A stretch of 64,000 nt of DNA, taken from Lingula anatina. Its lineage: Eukaryota; Animalia; Brachiopoda. This document shows positions 42,999 to 56,671 of this stretch, one piece after another. Location of the stretch: the NCBI GenBank assembly GCA_051362555.1, contig CM120640.1:39534788-39598787 (forward strand). The letters are read 5' to 3'. The position numbers and the translations under genes are program-made. The notes under the pieces are model-generated. The model worked only from the letters and a program-made list of their open reading frames with translations, did not search any database and was not told the origin of the DNA. Position 1 is the first letter of the stretch, and every line of letters begins with the position of its first letter.

Positions 42999-43687
42999 AT
43001 GCGTTTAGCTCTTTTTCCTCCATATGTCTAAAATATTTCCAACGATATCAGCGGCGCTAAAGTAGAGGTTATTAGGACTATACTCTCAGAAATAAATCTC
43101 TGTTTTTGTCTGTTAATGCGTCTTTTATAAGCAACGGCGAGGAAGAGTGTAAAATTGAAAAAAAAACTTGACTTAAACAAGAAGGTTGAACTCCGAAACA
43201 GGAAGAACGTCGAGTAGGTAGTCCAGTCTAGACATTTTGTCTTTTCATTCGTTTGTATACACAGGAAGTACACTCAAATGAATATGCGCATTGAGTAACT
43301 GCATAATTTGGCTTTCTTCGTCCAACATGTACCCATCAAGTATGACCCAGATGCTGAGCTATTGAGAGTACCGATTCCATGGTGTATTTAGGGAGCCTTC
43401 CTATGAATGCTAAAATCTGTACAATCAATAATTCAGCACCTGGGCATTATTTTTTCTTTGGGCAATATGGGGACAAAGAAAGCCAAGATATGAAGTTACG
43501 GTGTCAGCATATCATTTTGAGCGCACTGATTGTAGAAGAGACAAATCTTTAGAATTACATACCTACTGATTTTATTTTGGCTTGGAAGTTCAAAACCTTT
43601 GTTGAACATCAAATGGATTTTAACTAAAGATCTATTGTCTACATACTTAGATGCTGCTCCAAAAAATTTACATATACTGAAACGTAG

Positions 43688-46539
<2,852 letters not shown>

Positions 46540-47097
46540 ACAGGGAAATACCTCATACCTCATAACCCAGACTGTGGTGAATTTGTGTAATTAATCCATG
46601 TACAAAGCTTATGAACATATGTAACTGAATATAAAGAAATGGGGCTTTTGTGTATAAGATTTTAATAATAACCCAATCGTCACTGCCCCCCTGTTTCAAG
46701 ATGTTTCAAATTGCAGTGGATTTCACGTCAACTGTCACTTCATATTGCTACATGTACAGTAAGCATTTTGCCTAACAAAAATAGCAACAAATTGCGTTAA
46801 AAGATATAAACCGACGGTTGGTACGCTGACTATATCTGGAATTTCCTTAGTAATATGTCGAGTCACTTAAAATATTGCACCAATTTTTAATTTCTTCAAA
46901 ATTATCCACTATATAAGATAGCGGAATTTCACTTAATTCAACCACATGTCACTGTCTTTGTCACATCAGAGTTACTGTATAAGCCATCTCGGTAGTTATA
47001 GTTTGTTATGCCAAGGAGTTTTATAATAGAAAAAGAGAAGAATAAAGAATGAAGACAACGCCTTTTAGCAAAATACAAGTGTTGTCTATACTTCTTC

Positions 47098-47335
47098 TCA
47101 TGCAAAAGATCTTGGTGTATACATGGACACCTCTCTGTCTGTGGACAAACAAATATTGCAAATTTCTAAGTCATGGATGTTTCACATCAGAAACATAGCT
47201 TCATTGAGAAATCATCCAAGTGACTCTACAGAAACTATTCTAAATGTTTATTAAATCTTGACCAGACTATTGCTATTCTCTTCTTTATGGATGTCCACAA
47301 GAAAAACTAAAACGTCTGCAACGTATTCAAAATGT
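47098..47335 (+). mobile_element. Degenerate L2/CR1-clade LINE ORF2 fragment (RT C-terminal region)
   Basis: Translates with frameshifts to AKDLGVYMDTSLSVDKQILQISKSWMFHIRNIASLR...DYCYSLLYGCPQEKLKRLQRIQN. This fits the L2-type KxLGVxxDxxL...DYCNSLLYG...LQRVQN pattern. Confidence 0.8.
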
Positions 47336-48659
47336 TTTTGCCCCCAAAAATCCCAATGTTACGTCACACGATGAACTTGGAGCTGTGTTTCAAACATAAT
47401 TAGATGTCCTGAAGATACATTAAATAAATGCAACAGGAATAAAAGAGATAAGACCTTTAATTTAACATAAAATATCCAACCTGCAGTCCTCCCTCAAGGA
47501 CAAATGTACTATTTTCATTGGAGATTATTTGAAGATTGAATCACATTCCTTCTTTGTGATCTATTCATTGTTACTGGTACAACTCAGACAATGCACCAAA
47601 TGACAATATCAAAATTGAAATCCGTGAGCGCGTTGCACCTGTAGTATATATTACCTAATAATCCATACGTTCCACGGTCGGAACTACCGGTTTTCAACAT
47701 GATAGTATTTTAATTTATGTCTGTTTGCTTAGATCCACAGCGATTACAGCTGTTCATTGTTTAAATTCTAACGCTGTATTATATTATAATGGCAAGGAAT
47801 TCATTGTCTCATTATTTTCTGGTAAAGACGCGTTGGAAAGAATTCAAGCATTAAATGATGTCCACCTTCAATGAACAAAAACGTACCAGCCATTCGAAAT
47901 TGCGGATGAAGAAGGGTAATCCATCTCATTATGTTTTCAACGCTGTACGGAGCCCTGGTACATGTTTATTGTGCGTGCACTGGTCTTAACTATTTTCATC
48001 AGATAGATGATACTTAATGAAAGACACAAGCTAGGCAGAGTAAAATGTTTATAACATTGTAACCACAGGTGAAAACTAAAGCTGCTGGACACCTTCGGAT
48101 CGACAGAAGAGTCAGTTTTGTGGCGATCATTTCCACCCCCCCCCCCCCTCGTGTCCTCTAACGGGAAGGCGACAGGTTGTAGGTATCCCACATTGATTTC
48201 AATTTGTTACAATTAATAAAATTACTCGAGATGCACATTTGGATCGGGATTTGACACAAAGAAAGCCGTCAATTTACATAAATCATTTAATAAGTTTGGA
48301 AATTTTAATTTGCTTTTTTTCCTTAAACTTGCTTTGGTCTGCTGGGTACGTGTCTGGATACAGCGCGACATCGGTGCGTTACGCAACAAAATATTCATTC
48401 AGTGCAATCCATAGCCTTTGACAGATAAAATAATGGTACAATTTTATAGTGAAATACGTTGTCTTTCAAGTGTGAAAATAGTTTCATTGTATTTCAGTTT
48501 TGTAATTGAACAGGTAATTCAGTTGTGACCAAGTCTGTCAGAGTGAACAGACGAAACAATCACCAGGCAAATCAAATATTGTGGATCTATCATAAACTAC
48601 GTTGTCTTTCGCTTGGAACAATTACAATATAGAGAAGACATTCGATCGGCAACACTGAC

Positions 48660-50357
48660 ATGATGAGGCAACTTGTAGTCTGGTTAGTACGATTTCGACT
48701 CAGAAACCGGTGTTATTGTGCAGGCATTGTTTTACTTGTCTCCATACTTTCCGTAACCATTCTAACATCAGGACAGAAAGAGGATCAAGCAAACTTTGTC
48801 AGAGAAAAAACTGCTGCTGATGCGTGCGCTCCAAATGAAGTGCGAGAACCAACAGTTCAAAGATGTGACTCAACCACGCTAGTACCTCCGGCAAACACTG
48901 AAATTTCCCCTGATTTTTCACTTGATTCGGAAATGAACGCCGAGTTTAGCATTCCAGCTATTCGTTTAAAATATACTGACCAACAAACAAAAATGAAAGT
49001 GCTTCAACAGGTTGCTGATGAAACTAATATCAATGTAAGCGTGCTTGAAAATTATAGGTCGGAATGTGACATGATGCTTTTTCACGACCACAGCGATACG
49101 TTTGGGAACCCAGGCACTTTCTCTTGCTATGTGGAGAATACCCTGTCTGACTGCGACGGGCCAGGCTTCGGGTCGACAGTGTTGTACTCGGTGGAAATCC
49201 TGACGTCTTGTCTAATACTGGGCGCTTCGCCGGTGGTCAAATGGTATAACTGCGATTTTTGTGGGGCGGAGTCAAAGCAGCAGGCCAATCACTTCTTAGC
49301 ATTCTTTCAGGATCTCGAAACAAAGACAGAAACTGAAGCAGAACACAAACTTTGTATTGCATCAGGAATTCCACTAGTGCAGGCATTTGGTAAAGACAAT
49401 TTGGTAGATCTAAGTTTTAACGCCAAAGTAAGAAATAAAGTATTGAATGAGTATAGGTCCGAGGCAGAGATAACCGACAGAACAAGGCTCTTGGCGCACT
49501 TTGTGCTGACAGAATACTTTAAACCAGTGGAATCTATCGGGAATTATGTTGAAGAGGCATACAACAGTAAAATGAAGGGATATTTCAATATCGGAGTCCA
49601 CGTTAGAGCCACCGATAGGTGGACTGAAATGGACAAGGTTAGTTCACTAGAACACTGGATTTCTGAAACTAAAGAAGTGATTAAGACAGTGTTAAGATCA
49701 GATGATGCAATCCTGCCAATTTTGAAAAGAAAAGGTTCGGCTAGGGAACCGTCTCCTGTCAGTTACGAGTCTATACGGATATTTTTGGCAGCAGACAACG
49801 AAGAGGCTATTCTACGGTTTAAGAAAGAGTTTGGCCATTTAGTGTTCTGGAATAACGGTGACAAGGTTGCAGGTTTTTGGGCAGATTACCGCCTTAGCTA
49901 CAAGAACCAACAGCTCGAAATTGCTAATGCCCAAGTGGTTCTTCAGGACATTCTAATGTTAGCTAAGTGTGATCTGTTTCTGCACGCAGAATCCAGCATA
50001 TCCGCTCTAGCTCACTATCTAAACCTCGATTTGGTAAGTTACTATGTTAAGGCTGAGGAACCAGGGGTGTGGATGCCAACAACAGCCCCGCCCAAGACGC
50101 GGGCCGAACTGAAAGCCGAGGTAGAAAAAACGTTAAACTCTGCTAGTGAACGCCTGCGGTCCCAATTTATAGAAAACGACGTAACAACCACCATGGACAG
50201 TTGCGAATTGAATAGGGGGGCTAACACGTACAATGACATAGATGCTGCGATTTGTTTTGGTAGACATCGTTTTAAATCCCAATGCCTGAGCACACGAAAC
50301 TTCATGCTGTCTTCTGTGAAAGAGGTCATTAATTTAAGTAGAAAACCACTGGTTTAG
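48660..50357 (+). CDS. Intronless type II membrane GT-B fucosyltransferase, NodZ/FUT8 (GT23)-like, copy 1
   Basis: 565-aa ORF with a basic N-tail, a TM segment (CAGIVLLVSILSVTILT) and a stem. Motifs GPGFGS, IGVHVRATD (motif I), IFLAADNEE (motif II) and QDILMLAKCDLFLHAESS (motif III). Confidence 0.85.
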   Translation: MMRQLVVWLVRFRLRNRCYCAGIVLLVSILSVTILTSGQKEDQANFVREKTAADACAPNEVREPTVQRCDSTTLVPPANTEISPDFSLDSEMNAEFSIPAIRLKYTDQQTKMKVLQQVADETNINVSVLENYRSECDMMLFHDHSDTFGNPGTFSCYVENTLSDCDGPGFGSTVLYSVEILTSCLILGASPVVKWYNCDFCGAESKQQANHFLAFFQDLETKTETEAEHKLCIASGIPLVQAFGKDNLVDLSFNAKVRNKVLNEYRSEAEITDRTRLLAHFVLTEYFKPVESIGNYVEEAYNSKMKGYFNIGVHVRATDRWTEMDKVSSLEHWISETKEVIKTVLRSDDAILPILKRKGSAREPSPVSYESIRIFLAADNEEAILRFKKEFGHLVFWNNGDKVAGFWADYRLSYKNQQLEIANAQVVLQDILMLAKCDLFLHAESSISALAHYLNLDLVSYYVKAEEPGVWMPTTAPPKTRAELKAEVEKTLNSASERLRSQFIENDVTTTMDSCELNRGANTYNDIDAAICFGRHRFKSQCLSTRNFMLSSVKEVINLSRKPLV

Positions 50358-50879
50358 TATGTGCATGCAAATTGTCCTCATTACATTTTCATAAAGTAAA
50401 ACTGTGTCGGATGCTAACATGTTTGTGTTCTTGGGCGATTAAAGCTTTTCATTCGTCCAAGATATGTTGCAGGCAAGATCTGAAGTGGCCCAGGCCGAGA
50501 TCCTGATCTTGCTTGCGCCATATAGGCCTAAACAACGCTTAAATGACACATTTCTTGATATTTGCAAATTTATACTTTATTTCCTGTTTGTTTGATTTAA
50601 ATAATAAATAATGTGTCATTTTGCCTTAAACTAATAGCAAATATTGTCTTTTGACCCGAATAATGTAGAATATGTTGGATGTAGTTATTAGCATTGTATG
50701 ATTGTGTTATTGTTAAAACACCTGAAACACACGTTTTCCTTGGGCGGGTTTTTAACTATATGAATTTTAATTTGCCTGACTTTGAATAAATATGGAATTG
50801 CGTACATGCCTGAATGCATGGAATCATGGAACGACACTTAGGCCTACAAGTGACAATGCGAACAACATTAACACAAATT

Positions 50880-50935
<56 letters not shown>
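50880..50935. repeat. (AC)n(AG)n microsatellite (paralogous copy at 56612-56668)
   Basis: Seen directly. Confidence 0.95.
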
Positions 50936-50938
<3 letters not shown>

Positions 50939-51806
50939 CACTGGTTTAAGATTTTACCCTATTATTGTTATGGCCAGTATAGTTTGCGCTCAGTACATGC
51001 ATAACTTCTTGATATAGTGTGGTTTAGTATAATTATCACAGATGTTATTTATTCTTATCCTTATAAGGTCACACAACTTTTAGATGAACTTTGTTCGTAA
51101 ATAATATGCACAACTTATAACCTAAAAGAAGCACGAACATAATAGGATAATAGGAAGGTCTGTAATGTGTATTTCAATAGTTCAATATGATAGGAATGAA
51201 ATATCTTTGAACAGCCGGGCATGACTAGTTGAATTCCTTGCATTGTCTTCGGCTCTATTTATAAATGAATAACAGCCACGCTTTTCACATTGCGAGTTGG
51301 AACAAAAGTAAGTCTTTAGGTGCGTACTGTCAGTGCATTTCTGTAGAAGTAGCATAGAACGAAATGCATCAGCTTGGCTTATTTATTGGCTAGTGTGCAA
51401 CAAGTAGACATATTATACATCAAGAACACTCTTGTATACATGTATAAACAGACAATCTATTTATGCATATGTTTTAGACACTATATGGAAGGAAAATAAG
51501 CCAACAAAATATTAAGTTTTCTTTACTGAATAAATACAAATTGCTCATTCATTTATTCCAGGAATAACACACGTACAAAACAATGGGATCATAAGTATAG
51601 GGCCTTCACTAAATATTACTCTATTTTCTAATAAAGATATGATAATAAACTGAGATGTATTTTTTTCATCAGAAATAGGAGAGGAGGGTGCAAATGTTTG
51701 AAGTAAGCAACTTTCACATCTAATTCTACTTTATTTTTAAATAAAAGATCTTTAGTCTAATGCTTTTGTTATTTTCAAGTTTTCCAATAGTTATGTGTGT
51801 CATATG

Positions 51807-51809
<3 letters not shown>

Positions 51810-51884
<75 letters not shown>
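51810..51884. repeat. (TA)n microsatellite, ~37 units, present only in duplication copy 1
   Basis: Seen directly; the equivalent site in copy 2 (~57524) reads ATAGATATTATATT. Confidence 0.95.
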
Positions 51885-51886
<2 letters not shown>

Positions 51887-52683
51887 GCAACTAGAAATAA
51901 GAATAAAAACAGTTCGAGCAGCAAGAAGGGAATTCTGTCACCCCAAATTTATGAAACTATTCGGAATAAATATTCGCACTGTTTACAAACTCAAAAGCAA
52001 CAAAAACACACGAGCAAGCAAGCAAGCAAACAAACAAATAAAAACAAAAACGCAACGCGTTGTAATGACTTATTAGGTCTTCGAAATCGCCAGCGGCGTA
52101 GGTTAAACTCTTATTGGAAAAATAAAATCATTCGCACTTTTAGGTGAAGTATAACATCCCTCCTTTTTCTTAAAAGTTACTACGTTTTCATGAACGGCAT
52201 TTACCATATTCAAAAGATTAGGCCTGATTGAAAACTAACTGCCACATACCAAAGGCAAGATTCAGAACACTTTCCGGTCACGTGCAGTTCCTTTCATCCA
52301 TTTCGGAACACTTTTGATTCCTACGATAGATTTGGCAATTAGTTGGCCGCAAGAACTGCCCTAATCTTCAAAAACAATAGCAATATAGCATTAAGAATTA
52401 CTGTTCTTTCTAGCAAGTGGCAAACAGAGAGTGTAACATTATTTATTTAAAACTTTTTCATTCTAAATATCTGTAACTGCCTTCCCCTCACCCTCTCTCT
52501 CCCACAGCAATGTACAGTTTTTACATAGCCTATGTGTTTCGTACCATGGCCCATAGGAGCCTACGCGTGCGTCTTTTAGACGCCCCTTTACATGCGAAAA
52601 CGACAAGGCCTATGCCGAGTTCGTCTTTTACTACAGAGCTTTGAGAGCCGAAAATGACATGGCTGTGTCTCTTTCGCCACTTA

Positions 52684-52905
52684 TACCCCCTTTACACTGG
52701 ACGGCGTCCTTTCTGCGTCCTCTCTGCGACCATGAAATTTGGCATCGCTGTGGTCTTAATAAGGAAGCACGAGCACTGATTTTGTATCAGAAGAATGCTC
52801 AATGACCGGCCAGTTGTCGGCACGTAAAATATTATAATTTTTCAACTCTCAAATGGGGCCGTGCTGCTGGACGCAGAAAGGACGCCGTCCAGTGTAAAGG
52901 GGCCC
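52684..52905. mobile_element. PIF/Harbinger-type MITE with TTA target-site duplication
   Basis: Perfect 34-bp inverted repeat CCCCTTTACACTGGACGGCGTCCTTTCTGCGTCC at 52687-52720 and 52869-52902, flanked by TTA at 52681-52683 and 52906-52908. Confidence 0.85.
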
Positions 52906-54170
52906 TTACTGAACGCGTTAGATGCGAGGTTGACACGACCCATGTCGCGTTCGTCTCTCAAATGACACTGTTATAAAACATGAAATAGGCATGACGTGTG
53001 GTTTTTGCAGCTGAATAAGTAGACCCTTATACACGAAGTTGACGTGACCCTGAGAGTCATGTCTCTTTCAACTCTTACAAACCTCCAACAAAATCTATCT
53101 CTACAACGATTCGCGCAACATGTACTATCGGACATGGGTCAGTTGAAACACTATTAACATAAAGGGCTCATGTTACTTTCAGCCAACTCTTATATGTCAA
53201 ATCCAATTAATTTGAAACAGAAGTGCTGTCCCAAAACATTTTTTCTGTTTGCTTAGATCCACAGCGATTACAGCTGTTCATCGTTTAAATTCTAACGCTG
53301 TATTATATTATAATGGCAAGGCATTCATTATCTCATTATTTTCTAGTAAAGACGCGTTGGAAAGAATTCAAGCATTAAATGATGTCCACCTTCAATGAAC
53401 AAAAACGTACCAGCCATTCGAAATTGCGGATGAAGAAGAGTAATCCATCTCATTATGTTTTCAACGCTGTACGGAGCCCTGGTACATGTTTATTGTGCGT
53501 GCACTGGTCTTAACTATTTTATCAGATAGATGATACTTAATGAAAGACACAAGCTAGGCAGAGTAAAATGTTTATAACATTGTAACCACAGGTGAAAACT
53601 AAAACTGCTGGACACCTTCGGATCGACAGAAGAGTCAGTTTTGTGGCGATCATTTCCACCCTCCCCTCGTGTCCTCTAACGGGAAGGCGACAGGTATCCC
53701 ACATTGATTTCAATTTGTTACAATTAATAAAATTACTTGAGAAGCACATTTGGTTCAGGATTTAACACAAAGAAAGCCGTCAATTTACATAAATCATTTA
53801 ATAAGTTTGGAAATTTTAATTTGCTTTTCTCCCTTAAACTTGCTTTGGTCTGCTGGTTACGTGTCTGGATACAGCGCGACATCGGTGCGTTACGCAACAA
53901 AATATTCATTCAGTGCAATCCATAGCCTTTGACAGGTAAAAGAATGGTACACTTTTATAGTGAAATACGTTGTCTTTCAAGTGTGAAAATAGTTTCATTG
54001 GATTTCAGTTTTGTAATTGAACAGGTAATTCAGTTGTGACCAAGTCTGTCAGAGTGAACAGACGAAACAATCACCAGGCAAATCAAATATTGTGGATCTA
54101 TCATAAACTACGTTGTCTTTCGCTTGGAACAATTACAATATAGAGAAGACATTTGATCGGCAACACTAAC

Positions 54171-55868
54171 ATGATGAGGCAACTTGTAGTCTGGTTGGTA
54201 GGATTTCGACTCAGAAACCGTTGTTATTGTGCAGGCATTGTTTTACTTGTCTCCATACTTTCCGTAACTATTCTAACATCGGGACAGAAAGAGGATCAAG
54301 CAAACTTTGTCAGAGAAAAAACTGCTGCTGATGCGTGCGCTCCAAATGAAGTACGAGAACCAACAGTTCAAAGATGTGACTCAACCACGCTAGTACCTCC
54401 GGCAAACACTGAAATTTCCCCTGATTTTTCACTTGATTCGGAAATGAACGCCGAGTTTAGCATTCCAGCTATTCGTTTAAAATATACTGACCAACAAACG
54501 AAAATGAAAGTGCTTCAACAGGTTGCTGATGAAACTAATATCAATCTAAGCGTGCTTGAAAATTATAGGGCGGAATGTGACATGATGCTTTTTCACGACC
54601 ACAGCGATACGTTTGGGAACCCAGGCACTTTCTCTTGCTATGTGGAGAATACCCTGTCTGACTGCGACGGGCCAGGCTTCGGGTCGACAGTGTTGTTCTC
54701 GGTGGAAATCCTGACGTCTTGCCTAATACTGGGCGCTTCGCCGGTGGTCAAATGGTATAACTGCGATTTTTGTGGGGCGGAGTCAAAGCAGCAGGCCAAT
54801 CACTTCTTAGCATTCTTTCAGGATCTCGAAACAAAGACAGAAACTGAAGCAGAACACAAACTTTGTATTGCATCAGGAATTCCACTAGTGCAGGCATTTG
54901 GTAAGGGCGATTTGGTAGATCTAAGTTTTAACGCCAAAGTAAGAAATAAAGTATTTAATGAGTATAGGTCCGAGGCAGAGATAACCGAGAGAACAAGGCT
55001 CTTGGCTCACTTTGTGCTGACAGAATACTTTAAACCAGTGGAATCTATCGCGAATTATGTTGAAGAGGCATACAACAGTAAAATGAAAGGATATTTCAAT
55101 ATCGGAGTCCACGTTAGAGCCACCGATAGGTGGACTGAAATGGACAAGGTTAGTTCACTAGAACACTGGATTTCTGAAACTAAAGAAGTGATTAAGACAG
55201 TGTTAAGATCAGATGATGCAATCCTGCCAATTTTGAAAAGAAAAGGTTCGGCTAGGGAACCGTCTCCTGTCAGTTACGAGTCTATACGGATATTTTTGGC
55301 AGCAGACAATGAAGAGGCTATTCTACGGTTTAAGAAAGAGTTTGGCCATTTAGTGTTCTGGAATAACGGTGACAAGGTTGCAGGTTTTTGGGCAGATTAC
55401 CGCCTTAGCTACAAGAACCAACAGCTCGAAATTGCTAATGCCCAAGTGGTTCTTCAGGACATTCTAATGTTAGCTAAGTGTGATCTGTTTCTGCACGCAG
55501 AATCCAGCATATCCGCTCTAGCTCACTATCTAAACCTCGATTTGGTAAGTTATTATGTTAAGGCTGAGGAACCAGGGGTGTGGATGCCAACAACAGCCCC
55601 GCCCAAGACGCGGGCCGAACTGAAAGCCGAGGTAGAAAAAACGTTAAACTCTGCTAGTGAACGCCTGCGGTCCCAATTTATAGAAAACGACGTAACAACC
55701 ACCATGGACAGTTGCGAATTGGATAGGGGGCCTAACACGTACAATGACATAGATGCTGCGATTTGTTTTGGTAGACATCGTTTTAAATCCCAATGCCTGA
55801 GCACACGAAACTTCATGCTGTCTTCTGTGAAAGAGGTCATTAATTTAAGTAGAAAACCACTGGTTTAG
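54171..55868 (+). CDS. Intronless type II membrane GT-B fucosyltransferase, NodZ/FUT8 (GT23)-like, copy 2
   Basis: ATG at 54171 gives the same 565-aa length as copy 1. I count 11 amino-acid differences; all three motifs are intact. Confidence 0.85.
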   Translation: MMRQLVVWLVGFRLRNRCYCAGIVLLVSILSVTILTSGQKEDQANFVREKTAADACAPNEVREPTVQRCDSTTLVPPANTEISPDFSLDSEMNAEFSIPAIRLKYTDQQTKMKVLQQVADETNINLSVLENYRAECDMMLFHDHSDTFGNPGTFSCYVENTLSDCDGPGFGSTVLFSVEILTSCLILGASPVVKWYNCDFCGAESKQQANHFLAFFQDLETKTETEAEHKLCIASGIPLVQAFGKGDLVDLSFNAKVRNKVFNEYRSEAEITERTRLLAHFVLTEYFKPVESIANYVEEAYNSKMKGYFNIGVHVRATDRWTEMDKVSSLEHWISETKEVIKTVLRSDDAILPILKRKGSAREPSPVSYESIRIFLAADNEEAILRFKKEFGHLVFWNNGDKVAGFWADYRLSYKNQQLEIANAQVVLQDILMLAKCDLFLHAESSISALAHYLNLDLVSYYVKAEEPGVWMPTTAPPKTRAELKAEVEKTLNSASERLRSQFIENDVTTTMDSCELDRGPNTYNDIDAAICFGRHRFKSQCLSTRNFMLSSVKEVINLSRKPLV

Positions 55869-56351
55869 TATGTGCATGCAAATTGTCCGCATTACATTTT
55901 CATAAAGTAAAACTGTGTCGGATGCTAACATGTTTGTGTTCTTGGGCGAATAAAGCTTTTCATTCGTCCAAGATATGTTGCAGGCAAGATCTGAAGTGGC
56001 CCAGGCCGAGATCCTGATCTTGCTTGCGCCATATAGGCCTAAACAACGCTTAAATGACACATGTCTTGATATTTGCATATTCATACTTTATTTCCTGTTT
56101 GTTTGATTTAAATAATAAATAATGTGTCATTTTGCCTTAAACTAATAGCAAATATTGTCTTTTGACCCGAATAATGTAGAATATGTTGGATGTAGTTATT
56201 AGCATTGTATGATTGTGTTATTGTTAAAACACCTGAAACACATGTTTTCCTTGGGCGGGTTTTTAACTATATGAATTTTAATTTGCCTGAATTTGAATAA
56301 GTATGGAATTTCGTACATGCCTGAATGCATGGAATCATGGAACGACACTTA

Positions 56352-56577
56352 CACCCCATTTCCATAGATTTTTAGATCGATCTATCCCTTCGGGAAGTCT
56401 CACTAGATTACTGTCAGCTTGGCCGGCTTAAGCGTCTGTCCCGCCTACTAAAAGCTGTAAGGGGGTAATTAACTATGGTGCCCGCTCGGCTGACTGCAAT
56501 TTAGCGTGAACCCCCAGGGAGTTAGGTCGATCTAAATCTTAATCTTTAGATCGACCTAAATCTCTGGGAAAGCAGCC
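56352..56577. mobile_element. MITE-like insertion specific to duplication copy 2
   Basis: Absent from copy 1, which reads CACTTA-GGCC-TACAAG. It follows a TTA and has imperfect terminal inverted repeats (TTTCCATAGATTTTTAGATCGATCTA / TAGATCGACCTAAATCTCTGGGAAA). An internal perfect 15-bp hairpin lies at 56522-56559. Confidence 0.75.
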
Positions 56578-56628
56578 TACAAGTGACAATGCGAACAACA
56601 TTCACACAAATTACACACACACACACAC

Positions 56629-56671
<43 letters not shown>

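Larger units (their letters stand above)
47720..52518 (+). repeat. Tandem segmental duplication, copy 1 (~4.8 kb)
   Basis: Begins TCTGTTTGCTTAGATCCACAGCG and ends CCCACAGCAATGTACAGT; colinear with 53244-58126. Confidence 0.95.

Noticed and set aside
50756-52147. ORFs with ERER, LSLS and IYIY runs
   Set aside because: Microsatellite translations.
54153-54170. 6-aa N-terminal extension of fucosyltransferase copy 2 in the ORF track
   Set aside because: Relies on a TTG start; the ATG at 54171 matches copy 1.
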